Below are positions 19,249-29,135 of a stretch of 64,000 nucleotides of DNA, one piece after another (the first letter of the stretch is position 1; every line of letters begins with the position of its first letter). The position numbers and the translations under genes were made by a program. Under the pieces are notes generated by a model. It searched no databases and was not told the DNA's origin. It saw only the letters and a list, made by a program, of their open reading frames with translations. The DNA comes from Candidatus Borrarchaeum weybense (GTDB lineage: Archaea > Asgardarchaeota > Sifarchaeia > Borrarchaeales > Borrarchaeaceae), in assembly GCA_019057385.1 (NCBI GenBank), contig JAHQJS010000004.1:352001-416000 (forward strand), written 5' to 3'.

Positions 19249-20406
19249 TTATGATGGTTTTGCTTTTTGCCAAGCTATGGTGGCCATCACCTCCACAAAG
19301 AGGCGTGCGCATAATTGAGCAGATGGACCTGTCGGTGCATCATATTGTGGCCCTAGACAACTGATGTCAAAGCCATTGATCAATTTATGCTTGCCAATCT
19401 GTCGAATTGCAGATATAATTTCTCTAGAGGTCAAACCACCTGGTTCAGGATATTTTTGAGCAGGACAGAATGCAGGGTCCACAACATCGATATCAAGAGA
19501 AACATAAAGCGCATCGGTATTCTCAACGACTTTAAGGGCTTTCTTAATAATTTTTTTTATTCCTTCTTGTTCTACATCAGCCATTGTAAAGTATTGTATC
19601 CCCAATTTTTCGGCTACGTATCGTTCATGTAGTTGGTTTCGCAAACCCCGTATGCCGATGGAACAAAACTTCTCTGGATTGATTTGAGGAAACTCAAAAA
19701 GCGGTCCCCATTGAGACGCAGCTGAGATTTCTTCTTCGAAATAAAGGTCAAAATGAGAATCGAAGGAAATCATTCCAATATTTCCATCAGTATTGTTCAT
19801 AAGACTGCGGATACAGGGATAAGGGATGGTGTGGTCACCGCCTGATACTAATGGAATTGCACCTGCCTCGTAAATCTCTGAAATTTTGCGAATAGAGTTT
19901 TCTATTGACGCATCAGGATTTTTAACGTCCACGTCAACGTCACCGTAGTCTACCGCTTTAATATGATTAAAAATAATGAAATCTTTGTCCAATTCTGGGA
20001 AATAGCCCCAATTATGATTGATAGAGTAAAATAAGGAGTATTTTCGAATAGCTTCTGGCGCTTTATCCGCACCAGTTCTATAGTAAATTGAATCCGGAGG
20101 TGCAGGTGCTGCCGTTTCTGGTAATATAGTCCAAGGGTCTAGATACTTTAGTCCCTCCCATGGAAGCCCCACAAACGCAACATCGACTCCTGCTAGGTCT
20201 TCTTTTTTCTTAGCATGTGGCAATTCCATAAAAGTCGGAACATCTCCATAAAGAATAGCTTTAAGCCGTCGTTCAATTCGCTGAGGTATTGTCTTTTTTG
20301 AGTCACTATAAGCTTCGTCCCACACTTTATCAAGTTTTTTTCGACGATTAGTGGTTTCTTTTTCTCTAGACAACTGATTTTCCTCCATTCTGCATGTTAA
20401 TATCAA
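19249..20406 (-). CDS. Ureohydrolase (agmatinase/arginase family)
   Basis: DYGDV, GGDHTI, FDSHFD, GIRG and SLDIDVVDP..P...PEPGG motifs. The true start may be ATG 20388. Confidence 0.9.
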   Translation of the reverse strand: MILTCRMEENQLSREKETTNRRKKLDKVWDEAYSDSKKTIPQRIERRLKAILYGDVPTFMELPHAKKKEDLAGVDVAFVGLPWEGLKYLDPWTILPETAAPAPPDSIYYRTGADKAPEAIRKYSLFYSINHNWGYFPELDKDFIIFNHIKAVDYGDVDVDVKNPDASIENSIRKISEIYEAGAIPLVSGGDHTIPYPCIRSLMNNTDGNIGMISFDSHFDLYFEEEISAASQWGPLFEFPQINPEKFCSIGIRGLRNQLHERYVAEKLGIQYFTMADVEQEGIKKIIKKALKVVENTDALYVSLDIDVVDPAFCPAQKYPEPGGLTSREIISAIRQIGKHKLINGFDISCLGPQYDAPTGPSAQLCARLFVEVMATIAWQKAKPS

Positions 20407-20587
20407 TTTTACTTTTTTGGATGACAGACTAATGTGAAATACTATTAATAAACTAACATGAATGCAGATAAACTTAAGTTTGAAATTTCTAAATTCTTCA
20501 CTAATATAGGCTTACGTAATTATAATTCTTCACCTTCTGAATAAGCTCTAGAGAATAAGAGATGGTGTAAAAAAGAGGGAACAAATA

Positions 20588-21871
20588 ATGGATCTAGATG
20601 ATACGTTCATTGAATTAATTGATAGGGCTGACACTGCATTAGAAAATGAAAACGAAATAAATGCGAGGCAATACGGACTTGATCTAATCAATAAAGAAAA
20701 ATATAAAGCTCTCCAGAAGATTCCTGATGCTGAACTAAAAGAGCAACTTCGTCAAGCTAAAGAAGCCTGGATCGACAGGCTTGACGAACTAGTTCAAATA
20801 GCGAAAGAAGGTTTAGAGGCTGTTGGCTGCAAAGTATTTTTCGCAAAAACACCTCAAGATGCGCTCAAATACATTGGAGAAGTTGTAGGCGAAGGAAAAT
20901 TGGTCGTAAAATCAAAAACAAACGCAGGGTCCGAAATCGGTCTCGTAAAATATTTGGAATCACGCGAGAACGAGGTAATAGAAACAGATCTAGGGGACAG
21001 AATAGTCCAAATGAGGGGTGAAAGAGGAACACATCCCATAGCCCCGGCGATTCACTGCTGTCGGGCAGATATCGCCGAACTATTTGGACTCCCACCAGCA
21101 GTACCTATTGATGAGATAATAGCTAAGGCTCGAGGAGAAATCCGTGATTTCGTTTTTAAGGCGGATGTAGGTATCTCTGGCTGTAATGCATTAGCAGCTA
21201 AGGAAGGGGCTATATTTCTTGTAGAAAACGAGGGAAACATTCGGTACGTATCTAACGCTCCCCCAGTTCACATTTCTATCTGCCCTTTGAATAAAATAGT
21301 ACCCGATGTTGAAGCTGCTTTCACTCAAATTCGACTACTCTCCGTTTATGCTGCTGGTCAAGTTACCCCCGTCTACTTGTCTATGATTAGTGGTCCAAGC
21401 AAAACAGGCGATATTGAATTCGATGTCAGGGAAGGTATGCACGGCCCAAGAGAAGTTCACGTTATTCTGGTAGATAACAATCGAATTGAAGCAAGCAAAG
21501 GACCTCTTAAAGAATCCGTCTTCTGCGTTGGGTGTGGCTCTTGCATTAATGAATGTCCCGCCTATGATAATCTAGGAATCGCGTTTGGTGGACCTACATA
21601 TGTAGGACCAATTGGAATTGTGCATACTAGTATTCAAAACGGATTAGAAACTACTTTAGAATCTGGGTTGAATTTCTGTACGATGTGTAAAAGATGTGGG
21701 GATGTATGTCCAGTGGATATTCCCATACCCGAGTTACTTACATATTTACGAGATCTCGCAATTGAAAAGGGATTGCTTTTGCCACCTTTTGCTGAGATGG
21801 AAAAGAGAATAAAGGAAGTTGGAAATCCATTTGGCATTCAGGAACAAGCGGTTTCTCCCGAAAAGAGGTGA
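20588..21871 (+). CDS. LUD-domain Fe-S protein (LutB/LldF-like)
   Basis: VVKSK, ETDLGD.IVQ, HPIAPAIH, ENEGNIR, ISGPSKTGDIE, GMHGP.EVH.ILVDN and two CxxCxxCxxxCP clusters. Confidence 0.9.
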   Translation: MDLDDTFIELIDRADTALENENEINARQYGLDLINKEKYKALQKIPDAELKEQLRQAKEAWIDRLDELVQIAKEGLEAVGCKVFFAKTPQDALKYIGEVVGEGKLVVKSKTNAGSEIGLVKYLESRENEVIETDLGDRIVQMRGERGTHPIAPAIHCCRADIAELFGLPPAVPIDEIIAKARGEIRDFVFKADVGISGCNALAAKEGAIFLVENEGNIRYVSNAPPVHISICPLNKIVPDVEAAFTQIRLLSVYAAGQVTPVYLSMISGPSKTGDIEFDVREGMHGPREVHVILVDNNRIEASKGPLKESVFCVGCGSCINECPAYDNLGIAFGGPTYVGPIGIVHTSIQNGLETTLESGLNFCTMCKRCGDVCPVDIPIPELLTYLRDLAIEKGLLLPPFAEMEKRIKEVGNPFGIQEQAVSPEKR

Positions 21872-22575
21872 ATGCGATGAGTAAAATTCTGCTCTTTCAC
21901 GGCTGTATGAACAGATTTATAACTCCTCAGGTTTCTGAAACGACTCTCAAGATTTTAAAAGACGCAAACATTGATTTTGAAAGCCTTGATAGGGAATTAT
22001 GCTGCGGTTTTGTACTGTATGAAAATGGTCAGCATGCTGCTGCCGTCGAGGTAATGAAGAAAAATCAAGAGCTTTTTTCTGAATATGACATCGATACCAT
22101 TTTGACAAGTTGTCCTACATGCGCGTATATCTTTAAGATTCACTATCCTGAACATTTGCCTGATTGGAATTACAAAGTTGTTCATATGACAGAATTTCTA
22201 GCAAAACTTATCGATGAGAAAAAACTTAATATCGATAAAAAACCAGCTGTTACTGTTACTTTTCATGACCCCTGTCATCTCACACGTGGACTTAAAATTA
22301 CTGAAGAGCCAAGAAGTGTTTTGAATGCGATCCCTGGTCTAAAATTGGTGGAAATGGAACATTCACGTGAAGCATCAAAGTGCTGTGGCGCAGGAAGTGG
22401 AATGCGTCTCTCTTTTAGTAGCATAGCACAAGCGTTTGCAGAAAACAGGATCGCAGAAGCTGAAAAAACTGGTGCGACAATTTTAGTTACAGCGTGTCCG
22501 ACCTGCATGTTACATCTTCAAGAAAACGCAAAGAATATCAAAGTAATTGACATTTCGGAAGCAATTGTCGATTAA
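21868..22575 (+). CDS. CCG-domain Fe-S oxidoreductase (LutA/HdrB-like)
   Basis: FHGC, LCCG, SCPTC, FHDPCHL, KCCGAG and TACPTC motifs. It overlaps the lutB-like stop codon. Confidence 0.9.
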   Translation: MNAMSKILLFHGCMNRFITPQVSETTLKILKDANIDFESLDRELCCGFVLYENGQHAAAVEVMKKNQELFSEYDIDTILTSCPTCAYIFKIHYPEHLPDWNYKVVHMTEFLAKLIDEKKLNIDKKPAVTVTFHDPCHLTRGLKITEEPRSVLNAIPGLKLVEMEHSREASKCCGAGSGMRLSFSSIAQAFAENRIAEAEKTGATILVTACPTCMLHLQENAKNIKVIDISEAIVD

Positions 22576-22673
22576 ACAAATTTTGCTTGTATGGTCGATG
22601 TCTAATCTTTTAGAGTTGAAATACATTTGAAATAAATATGTATTCAATGTATTTGTTATAGCGAGGTGCGGAT

Positions 22674-23000
22674 ATGATTGTCAAACAAAAAGATAAACCT
22701 GTTAAAAGTGCGTATGGTGTAGAATTTAAGGCACTTGCGACTGGCGATAGAATAATGTGTACCATTATGAGATTCAAAAAGGGCGGCAAAGTTCCAAAGC
22801 ATAAACACCCCGCTGAACAGGTCGGATACATTGTAAAAGGGAAGTTTAAACTTTGGATTAATGATGAGGAGATTGGGGTTTTAGAACCCGGAGATAGTTA
22901 TATGATTAAAAGTAGTGAATTTCATTCGATGGAAATGCTAGAAGATTCAGAATGGGTAGATATGTTTTCTCCACCACGAGAAGAGTATATGGATAAATAA
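22674..23000 (+). CDS. Cupin-domain protein
   Basis: VPKHKHPAEQVGYIVKG..LEPGDSY.I....HS and DMFSPPREEY motifs. Confidence 0.9.
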   Translation: MIVKQKDKPVKSAYGVEFKALATGDRIMCTIMRFKKGGKVPKHKHPAEQVGYIVKGKFKLWINDEEIGVLEPGDSYMIKSSEFHSMEMLEDSEWVDMFSPPREEYMDK

Positions 23001-23064
23001 ACTACCCTTATTTTTGAAATACGCGTTTAAATACGATAATATAGAGTTTCAAAGTGATTAGCTT

Positions 23065-23718
23065 ATGATTATTAAACAGGAAGACAAAGCTATAAAGAAA
23101 TACTTAGGAAGATTGAAGTCTGCTATAGAAAAAAGATTTCCCAAAGAGTTCTCAAAGCCCTTAGCTGAGATATTATATCCGTTAGCAAAAAACAGAATAA
23201 TTTCTTACGATAAAATACAACTAGAGAAGGAACAAAAGGATGAACTTTTATTTTTGGCGTATAACGAGCGCCTATTACTTCCAGTTGCGCTAAAAACGTT
23301 AGCGTGGAATTCTAGACCCCTAACTTTAAGATCGGGGGAACGGTATGAAATGCCTCCTGCAATTCAATATTTGATTAGGCATGCCGAAAAAACGGGAGAA
23401 TGGAGTCCTGAGCATGCTGTGAGAAGTTATCTTGAAGTTATTGGTGAGCCTAACGTCGAGATACTTCTGACATTTTTCCAAGAAATGAAGAGACAGGTAA
23501 GCCGTTCAAAAACGTTATCTAAAACCAAAAAGATTACACCTGTCCTTTTAAAAAGATGCCTAAGAAATATCCACGCAAAACAACTAGCCACAAAATTGGA
23601 GTTAGGGAAAACAATAGCCAAATTAAAGGGAGGAGGTATAATTAGTCCCTTTTTCCTTAAAATTCCAGAAAAAGGTCCGTGTTATGAAATAAATCCCTCT
23701 GTTTTCTTTGACTGCTAG
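23065..23718 (+). CDS. Conserved hypothetical protein
   Basis: 217-aa ORF filling the gap (ERLLLP, YEMP, KGGGIISP, YEINPS). No family recognised. Confidence 0.6.
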   Translation: MIIKQEDKAIKKYLGRLKSAIEKRFPKEFSKPLAEILYPLAKNRIISYDKIQLEKEQKDELLFLAYNERLLLPVALKTLAWNSRPLTLRSGERYEMPPAIQYLIRHAEKTGEWSPEHAVRSYLEVIGEPNVEILLTFFQEMKRQVSRSKTLSKTKKITPVLLKRCLRNIHAKQLATKLELGKTIAKLKGGGIISPFFLKIPEKGPCYEINPSVFFDC

Positions 23719-23807
23719 GGAACAAAGAAATGCGGGAACTTTCTCGTATAAGAACATATATTTGCCTGAAAGAAAAAGAAAAATGGGGATGTTCCCAGTA
23801 ATAAAAA

Positions 23808-24989
23808 CTATTCTTCATTAAGTCCGAGTGCTTCAGCGATGATCTCAGTTATATCCATCATTTTGATATTTGCTTCTGCTTTTTTGATTCCTTCGTTAAT
23901 ATTGTCGTAACAAGCAGGACATCCACTTACGATTACTTCTGCACCTATTGATTTTGCCTGCTCTACCCTCTTTAGAGCTAGTTCCATGCCTAGACCGGCG
24001 TCAACACCTTTTACGCCACCACCGCCACCGCAACATCTTGCATCTTTTCTTGTATCTGGGAGTTCCTTGTACACTATGCCGGGAATAGCCTGTATTAACT
24101 TTCGTGGGTTATCATATTGCAATTCATGTCGTCCAAGTTCACAGGGATCATGCCACGTTACAACTTTATTAATACTGTTGCCATTGTTTAGTTGAAGTTT
24201 TCCTCGATCTAAAAGGTCTGCAAGAAACTCATTTGCATGAACTACTTCAAAGGGTGGTTTGATTCCTCCAACATCTTCATAAAGGTGTTTAAAAACTCTA
24301 TAACAGCCAGCGCATGTCGCTATTACTTTTTCTACGCCTAGATTATTGAACGCCGAGATATGATGCTCCGCTAGTTCTTTAATCATCTCGCGGCCGCCAG
24401 CCAGATAGTATGGAGAACCACAGCACCATTCGTCTTCGCCCAGGAGAGTGAAGTCCAGACCTAAATGATCCATTGTCTTTACTAATGATAGTGGTATTTG
24501 TGATAAGCGACCCATGAATGAGCCAAGGCAGCCCACAAAATATCCAATCTTTGCATCTGTGTTGGTCCTGTCCTCAACGACCTCTTCGGCATCGGCATCC
24601 ATCATAGACCAGATCGTTCGATCATCTTGTTCCATATCAAAGATATTATGACTTTCTTCCAAAGCCTCTACGAGCATCATTGAAGACTCAGGAGCGCATC
24701 CTCGGTTAAACATTTCCTCGCGAGCATGTAATATAATCTCTGTACATTCAACTCCACTTGGACAAATATCTACGCAGTGATTACAAATTAAGCAAGTATA
24801 TTCGCCTTGAGTCATTAGTTCGTTAGGGGAAATTTTTCCCTGAAGCATTCCTAATGCCATTCTGATTCGTCCACGGGGCCCGATGACTTCCCATCCGCGT
24901 TCCTCAAGTGTTGGACAAATTGAATTGCATTTAGCACATCGCACGCATTTAAGCATTGCCTGAGCCCAATTTTCGATCTTCTCGTGCAT
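23808..24989 (-). CDS. Fe-S/CCG oxidoreductase (GlcF/HdrD-like)
   Basis: CVRCAKCNSICP, CLICNHCVDICP, YFVGC, WCCGSP, WHDPCELGR and RCCGGGGG motifs. Confidence 0.9.
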   Translation of the reverse strand: MHEKIENWAQAMLKCVRCAKCNSICPTLEERGWEVIGPRGRIRMALGMLQGKISPNELMTQGEYTCLICNHCVDICPSGVECTEIILHAREEMFNRGCAPESSMMLVEALEESHNIFDMEQDDRTIWSMMDADAEEVVEDRTNTDAKIGYFVGCLGSFMGRLSQIPLSLVKTMDHLGLDFTLLGEDEWCCGSPYYLAGGREMIKELAEHHISAFNNLGVEKVIATCAGCYRVFKHLYEDVGGIKPPFEVVHANEFLADLLDRGKLQLNNGNSINKVVTWHDPCELGRHELQYDNPRKLIQAIPGIVYKELPDTRKDARCCGGGGGVKGVDAGLGMELALKRVEQAKSIGAEVIVSGCPACYDNINEGIKKAEANIKMMDITEIIAEALGLNEE

Positions 24990-25008
24990 TTTTTTTCACC
25001 TCGTATCT

Positions 25009-26466
25009 TTAAATAGTCTTGACGGGTATCTTGTTCAATATAACTTCTGGATCTTCGTTCAAGGCCATTTTTCCAGGATTCATGATATTTTTCGGGTCTA
25101 GTGCCCATTTAATTGCTTTCATTATGTCAAGTGCGACCTCGCCGTGCTCGCGTTTCATGTATCGTGCGCGTGCTATACCGATACCGTGTTCTCCAGTTAC
25201 TGTACCGCCCAACTCTAACGCTTTTTGATTTATTTCTTCGATAAGTGCCTCTAACTTTGGCCAGTCTTCAGCAACTTCTTTTCGAATCGTAATGGCGGGA
25301 TGTAAGTTGCCATCACCAACATGCCCGAACGTCACAATTGGGAAATCGTATCTTTGGCTAGCTTCACGTAAGAAAGTTAACATTTCGGGTATCTTCGAAA
25401 TCGGCACAGCAAGGTCTTCACCCGCGTAAACACGCGAGTAACCTTCTCGAACACGTACCGATGCTGCACCGACAAGCGACCGTGCTTCCCATAAGCGATC
25501 TATTTCCGCTTTTTCTGTTGCCTTCTTTACTTCTATTGCACCGCTATCTTTACAGATCTCTGCAATTCTGTTGATTTTGGGTTCTATTTCGAATGATGAT
25601 CCTTCCACTTCATAGAGAAGCATTGCTTCAACGTCTGGAAGCTGCATTTCTGGTTTGTATTGATTGATTGCATAAATTGATGATTTGTCTAATATTTCAA
25701 CGCAACCGGGAATTATTCCAGCCTTAAAAGTGTTAATGACAGCCTTCCCAGCATTTTCAAGCTCATCAAATAGTGCCATCGCTATGCCTTCTGTCTCTGG
25801 AAGTGGGATAAGTCTCAACCAAATCTTTGTGAAAACACCTAATACGCCTTCACTTCCTGTAAAAAGTCCCACTAGATTTAATCCAGAAGCTGTTTTTAAT
25901 GCATTAGATCCCACAGTCGTTATTCTTCCATCAGGAAGAACAACCTCCATTTTTAAAACATAGGCACCTGTTGTTCCGTAGTTAACGGCTTCCTTTCCAG
26001 AAGAGTCATTTCCAACCATTCCGCCTATTGTGGCTGCGTAGGAACTCGCTGGACCTGGTACTAAGAATCCATGTGGTTTTAAGAACTCGTTGAGTTTATC
26101 ATTAACTATTCCAGGCTCTACACAAACCTGTAAGTTATCCACATCAAGTTCTAAAACATGATTCATGCCTGTTAAATCGAGTAGTATTCCACCATAAACA
26201 GCTATTATTCCACCTGAACAACCAGTTCTGGCGCCTGCAGGTATTACAGGAATTTCGTTTTCATAGCAGTATCTAACTATCTTTGAAATTTGTTCCGTTG
26301 AACTTGGTCTTACAACTACATCTGGTGTTTTCTCAAAACGTGACGCGTCCGTGGCAAAGGTTAGTAGCATTACTGGATCCATTGAAAAGTTTTCTTTTCC
26401 TACAGTTGCCGTTAAAAATTCATTTAATTTCTCTTTATCAATCGACTTTCTCTCCATAATTCTCAC
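25009..26466 (-). CDS. FAD-linked oxidase/dehydrogenase (GlcD / D-lactate dehydrogenase family)
   Basis: PDVVVRP, GARTG.SGG, ATIGGM, GSEGVLG, GHVGDGNLHP, GEHGIG and LDPKNIMNPGK motifs. Confidence 0.93.
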   Translation of the reverse strand: MRIMERKSIDKEKLNEFLTATVGKENFSMDPVMLLTFATDASRFEKTPDVVVRPSSTEQISKIVRYCYENEIPVIPAGARTGCSGGIIAVYGGILLDLTGMNHVLELDVDNLQVCVEPGIVNDKLNEFLKPHGFLVPGPASSYAATIGGMVGNDSSGKEAVNYGTTGAYVLKMEVVLPDGRITTVGSNALKTASGLNLVGLFTGSEGVLGVFTKIWLRLIPLPETEGIAMALFDELENAGKAVINTFKAGIIPGCVEILDKSSIYAINQYKPEMQLPDVEAMLLYEVEGSSFEIEPKINRIAEICKDSGAIEVKKATEKAEIDRLWEARSLVGAASVRVREGYSRVYAGEDLAVPISKIPEMLTFLREASQRYDFPIVTFGHVGDGNLHPAITIRKEVAEDWPKLEALIEEINQKALELGGTVTGEHGIGIARARYMKREHGEVALDIMKAIKWALDPKNIMNPGKMALNEDPEVILNKIPVKTI

Positions 26467-26676
26467 CTATCGATAGGTCTTAAAACGTATTTGGAAACGT
26501 TCAAAAAGTCTAGACCCTATAGAAAAGGTCTATTCTCCAAATTTGTCTTTATCTATAATGTTAATCCTCTAAATGAGTTATTATCGTTTGTCACAGGATT
26601 TTTTGAACTTTTATAGTTTTTTACACTGACAAGCTTAAACATGCCTCGTTTATACATTTCCCCTATTAAAAATTTT

Positions 26677-26840
26677 GTTGCAGAGTGAAAAACGATGATG
26701 CACTTACTGAAACATGCTTATGGGATACATTAAGTTTGCAGTTGTCAATGCAAGGTTGCAGAGTGAGAAACGATGACGCACTAACTGAGACGTTCCTGTC
26801 GCGAATCCAGCAGTAGCCTTAATCGTCAAAATGCAGAGTG
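26677..26840 (+). CRISPR. Degenerate orphan mini-CRISPR array (2 full repeats, 1 partial repeat, 2 spacers)
   Basis: 37-nt repeat GTTGCAGAGTGAAAAACGATGATGCACTTACTGAAAC (26677-26713) and a variant GTTGCAGAGTGAGAAACGATGACGCACTAACTGAGAC (26755-26791), plus a partial TGCAGAGTG at 26832. Spacers are 41 and ~38 nt. The repeat has GTT..GAAAC ends and an internal AGTG/CACT palindrome. Confidence 0.55.
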
Positions 26841-26910
26841 TGATTTTAGAATTCCAAAAAAGTCAAGAATTGTGCAAAATCAAAAAGTGATTCTTGGTGT
26901 TAGGTTAGAG

Positions 26911-27040
26911 ATTACTTGATAGTTACTGATTTAGTTTTTTGGTTGTTTCCTTTGGTTGGTGCTTACTTGGTAATTACTGGAAAAAAAAGTTAATTACTGA
27001 ATAATTACTTAGCTCGGTTAGTAGTACTGAGTAGTTACGT
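26911..27040. repeat. Cluster of short TTACT-core repeats (TTACTTGRTARTTACTG-like, 11-bp spacing)
   Basis: ttacttgatagttactga (26912), ttacttggtaattactgg (26963), ttactgaataattactt (26994) and gtactgagtagttacgt (27024). Confidence 0.45.
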
Positions 27041-27059
27041 ACTATGACAAAAGCGCGAG

Positions 27060-28530
27060 ATAGTGCACGCTACTCCTAAAAGTGTGGGGTTTATTAATGA
27101 ACTGTACTCTAAAGTATACAGGAGCAGTCGATCACCATACAACAGACTGTCAAATTCAGAAACACTCCCGATTCATACGATGTGTAAACCCTGAACAAGA
27201 AACCTGCATCTTCGGAGCTAATTTTATGTAGGTAAAGAAGGGAATCAGGCTGCGGATTTATCCGAATAAAGAGCAGAGCATACTGCTCAATAAAACGCTC
27301 GGTTGCTGTCGATTCCTTTATAACAAGATGCTGGAAGAACATATCAAGGTATATGCTCAATTAAAAGACGATTAGGACGCCCTCTACAGTTATAAGTACA
27401 AAACTGAGAAATACTACAAGCAAGAGTACCCGTTTCTTAAAGAAGTGGACTCTAAGGCACTGCAAACTGCGAACCGCCACCTGTTTGCCGCCTACCAGAA
27501 CTTTTTTGAAGCACTTAAAACGAGCAGGGAAGTGGGCTTTCCCAGGTTTAAGTCCAAGAAATGCTACCCACAAACCTATACCACGTATAATATCAACAAC
27601 AGCATACGGATTGACCACCAGCGAAGGAAGATTCGTATTCCGAAGGTTGGTTGGGTCAACTATAGAGATAACCGCATGATCAGTAATCCGATCAAACACA
27701 TAACCATCGGTAAGACTGCCACCCACAAGTATTTTGTGTCGGTGAAGGTGGTGTGTGATGTTGAAATACCACCTAAGAAGGCAGTACTTAACAGCGAGGA
27801 TATAGCAGGGTTTGATATGTCGACAACGCACTTCCTGATCGACGAACATACGCAGTACGAGAACCCTCGATTTTATAGGGAAGAGGAGAAACGCCTCAAG
27901 AAACATCACAGGGAATTATCGCGCAAGAAAGAGAGGTCAAAGAACCGGAAGAAGGCACGACTCAAACTGGCAGGGGTTTATGAGAAGATTAACAATCGAA
28001 AGCATGACTGGCTTCACAAGATCACCCATGACTTGAGCGAGAGACACGATGCCGTTATCCTAGAAGATCTCAACATCAAGGGGATGCAGCAATTCAACTC
28101 AGGTCTTAGTAAGTCTATCACGCTGGACTTCTCGTGGTATCAGTTTCGGGTATATTTGTACTATAAAATGTACTGGAAGGGCAAGCATTTCGTCCTGATT
28201 GACCGCTTTTCCCCGTCCAGCAAACTATGCTCGATCTGCGGTCAGATAAACAATGACCTTAAACTGAACGATCGAGTCTGGACTTGTAAACATTGCGGCA
28301 CTACTCACCACCGAGATATCAATGCGGTGGACAATATTACAGGCGAAGGCATTAGAATATTACAAGAAGAAATCGGAATCATGGTAATCGCAACAACCGA
28401 CGACCATGATACGTCTACCGTAGGGACTACGGGAAGTCACGCCTCTGAAGAGGATGTAAGACCTTCTACCAATACCAGGCAGTCCTCGCTGAAGGAGGAA
28501 TCCACGAGCCTTTAGGCCGTGGTAGTTCAA
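27060..28530 (+). mobile_element. IS200/IS605-family (IS1341-like, tnpB-only) element
   Basis: tnpB, then a right-end hairpin CCACGAGCCTTTAGGCCGTGG followed by TAGTTCAA (ending at 28530). A putative left-end hairpin lies around CTAAAA..GTGGGG (27070-27090); the left boundary is approximate. No tnpA seen. Confidence 0.75.
27226..28515 (+). pseudogene. tnpB: RNA-guided endonuclease TnpB with two in-frame TAG stops in its N-terminal HTH region
   Basis: From ATG 27226 the frame reads M*VKKGIRLRIYPNKEQSILLNKTLGCCRFLYNKML...LKDD*DALY...YPFLKEVDSKALQ, continuing into ORF 27445..28515 (GFPRFKSK, GFDM, ILEDL, CSICG/CKHCG, RDINA). The TAGs are at 27229 and 27373. Confidence 0.88.
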
Positions 28531-29135
28531 ACTGACACGGATGATGACTAAATTGATATTTAATCTTTTGGACTATTGAATTTGGTTATTCACTATAATT
28601 AATGGAAATGATCTAGTGTCAAGAAAAGGCTTGTTATAGAGATCTTAATTGCTTGTTCCCATATAAACGAGAACAGAGAGTGTGAAGAATTCGAGAAAAC
28701 TGAATTCTGTCCAAGTATAATTGCACGCGTATGACATCCTTGGTCGACTTGCTGATATGTATAAGGGTCAATTTAGGACAAGATAAGGCAAAAGTGCAAA
28801 TAGACTTGCACTCCTTTCTGGAAGGCTAAATGGACGAATAAAACAGATTAATATATTTCAGTTCTTTTCTAGGCGATTACGACTTTGAGAAAGGCAATCT
28901 CAAAAAAATTTTTGACAAGTTCACTTGAATTCATAACAAGTTGATTGATATCTTTTTTTGTTGATCATCGATGTGCAAGTCGCTATGACTATAAATTCTT
29001 GTAATGAACTTCCACCATTTCTATTGCAGCTTCTTTATGATGATAACAGCTTTGAGAGATCTCGCATAATTTTGTTTCATTCATTACTATATTGGTTTTT
29101 CTTAGCATTGTCTGAAGTTTTTTCAATTATTAATT

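Noticed and set aside
27229-27375. Genome-wide amber (pyrrolysine) recoding suggested by the two TAGs in tnpB
   Set aside because: Host genes in the window end in TAG at family-typical C-termini (e.g. 23808 and 33351), and I saw no host gene needing TAG read-through.
26677-28530. A bona fide type V (Cas12) CRISPR system made of the mini-array plus tnpB
   Set aside because: The protein is an ordinary IS605-type TnpB with its own right end and nonsense codons, and the repeat does not resemble that end. Kept only as a juxtaposition.
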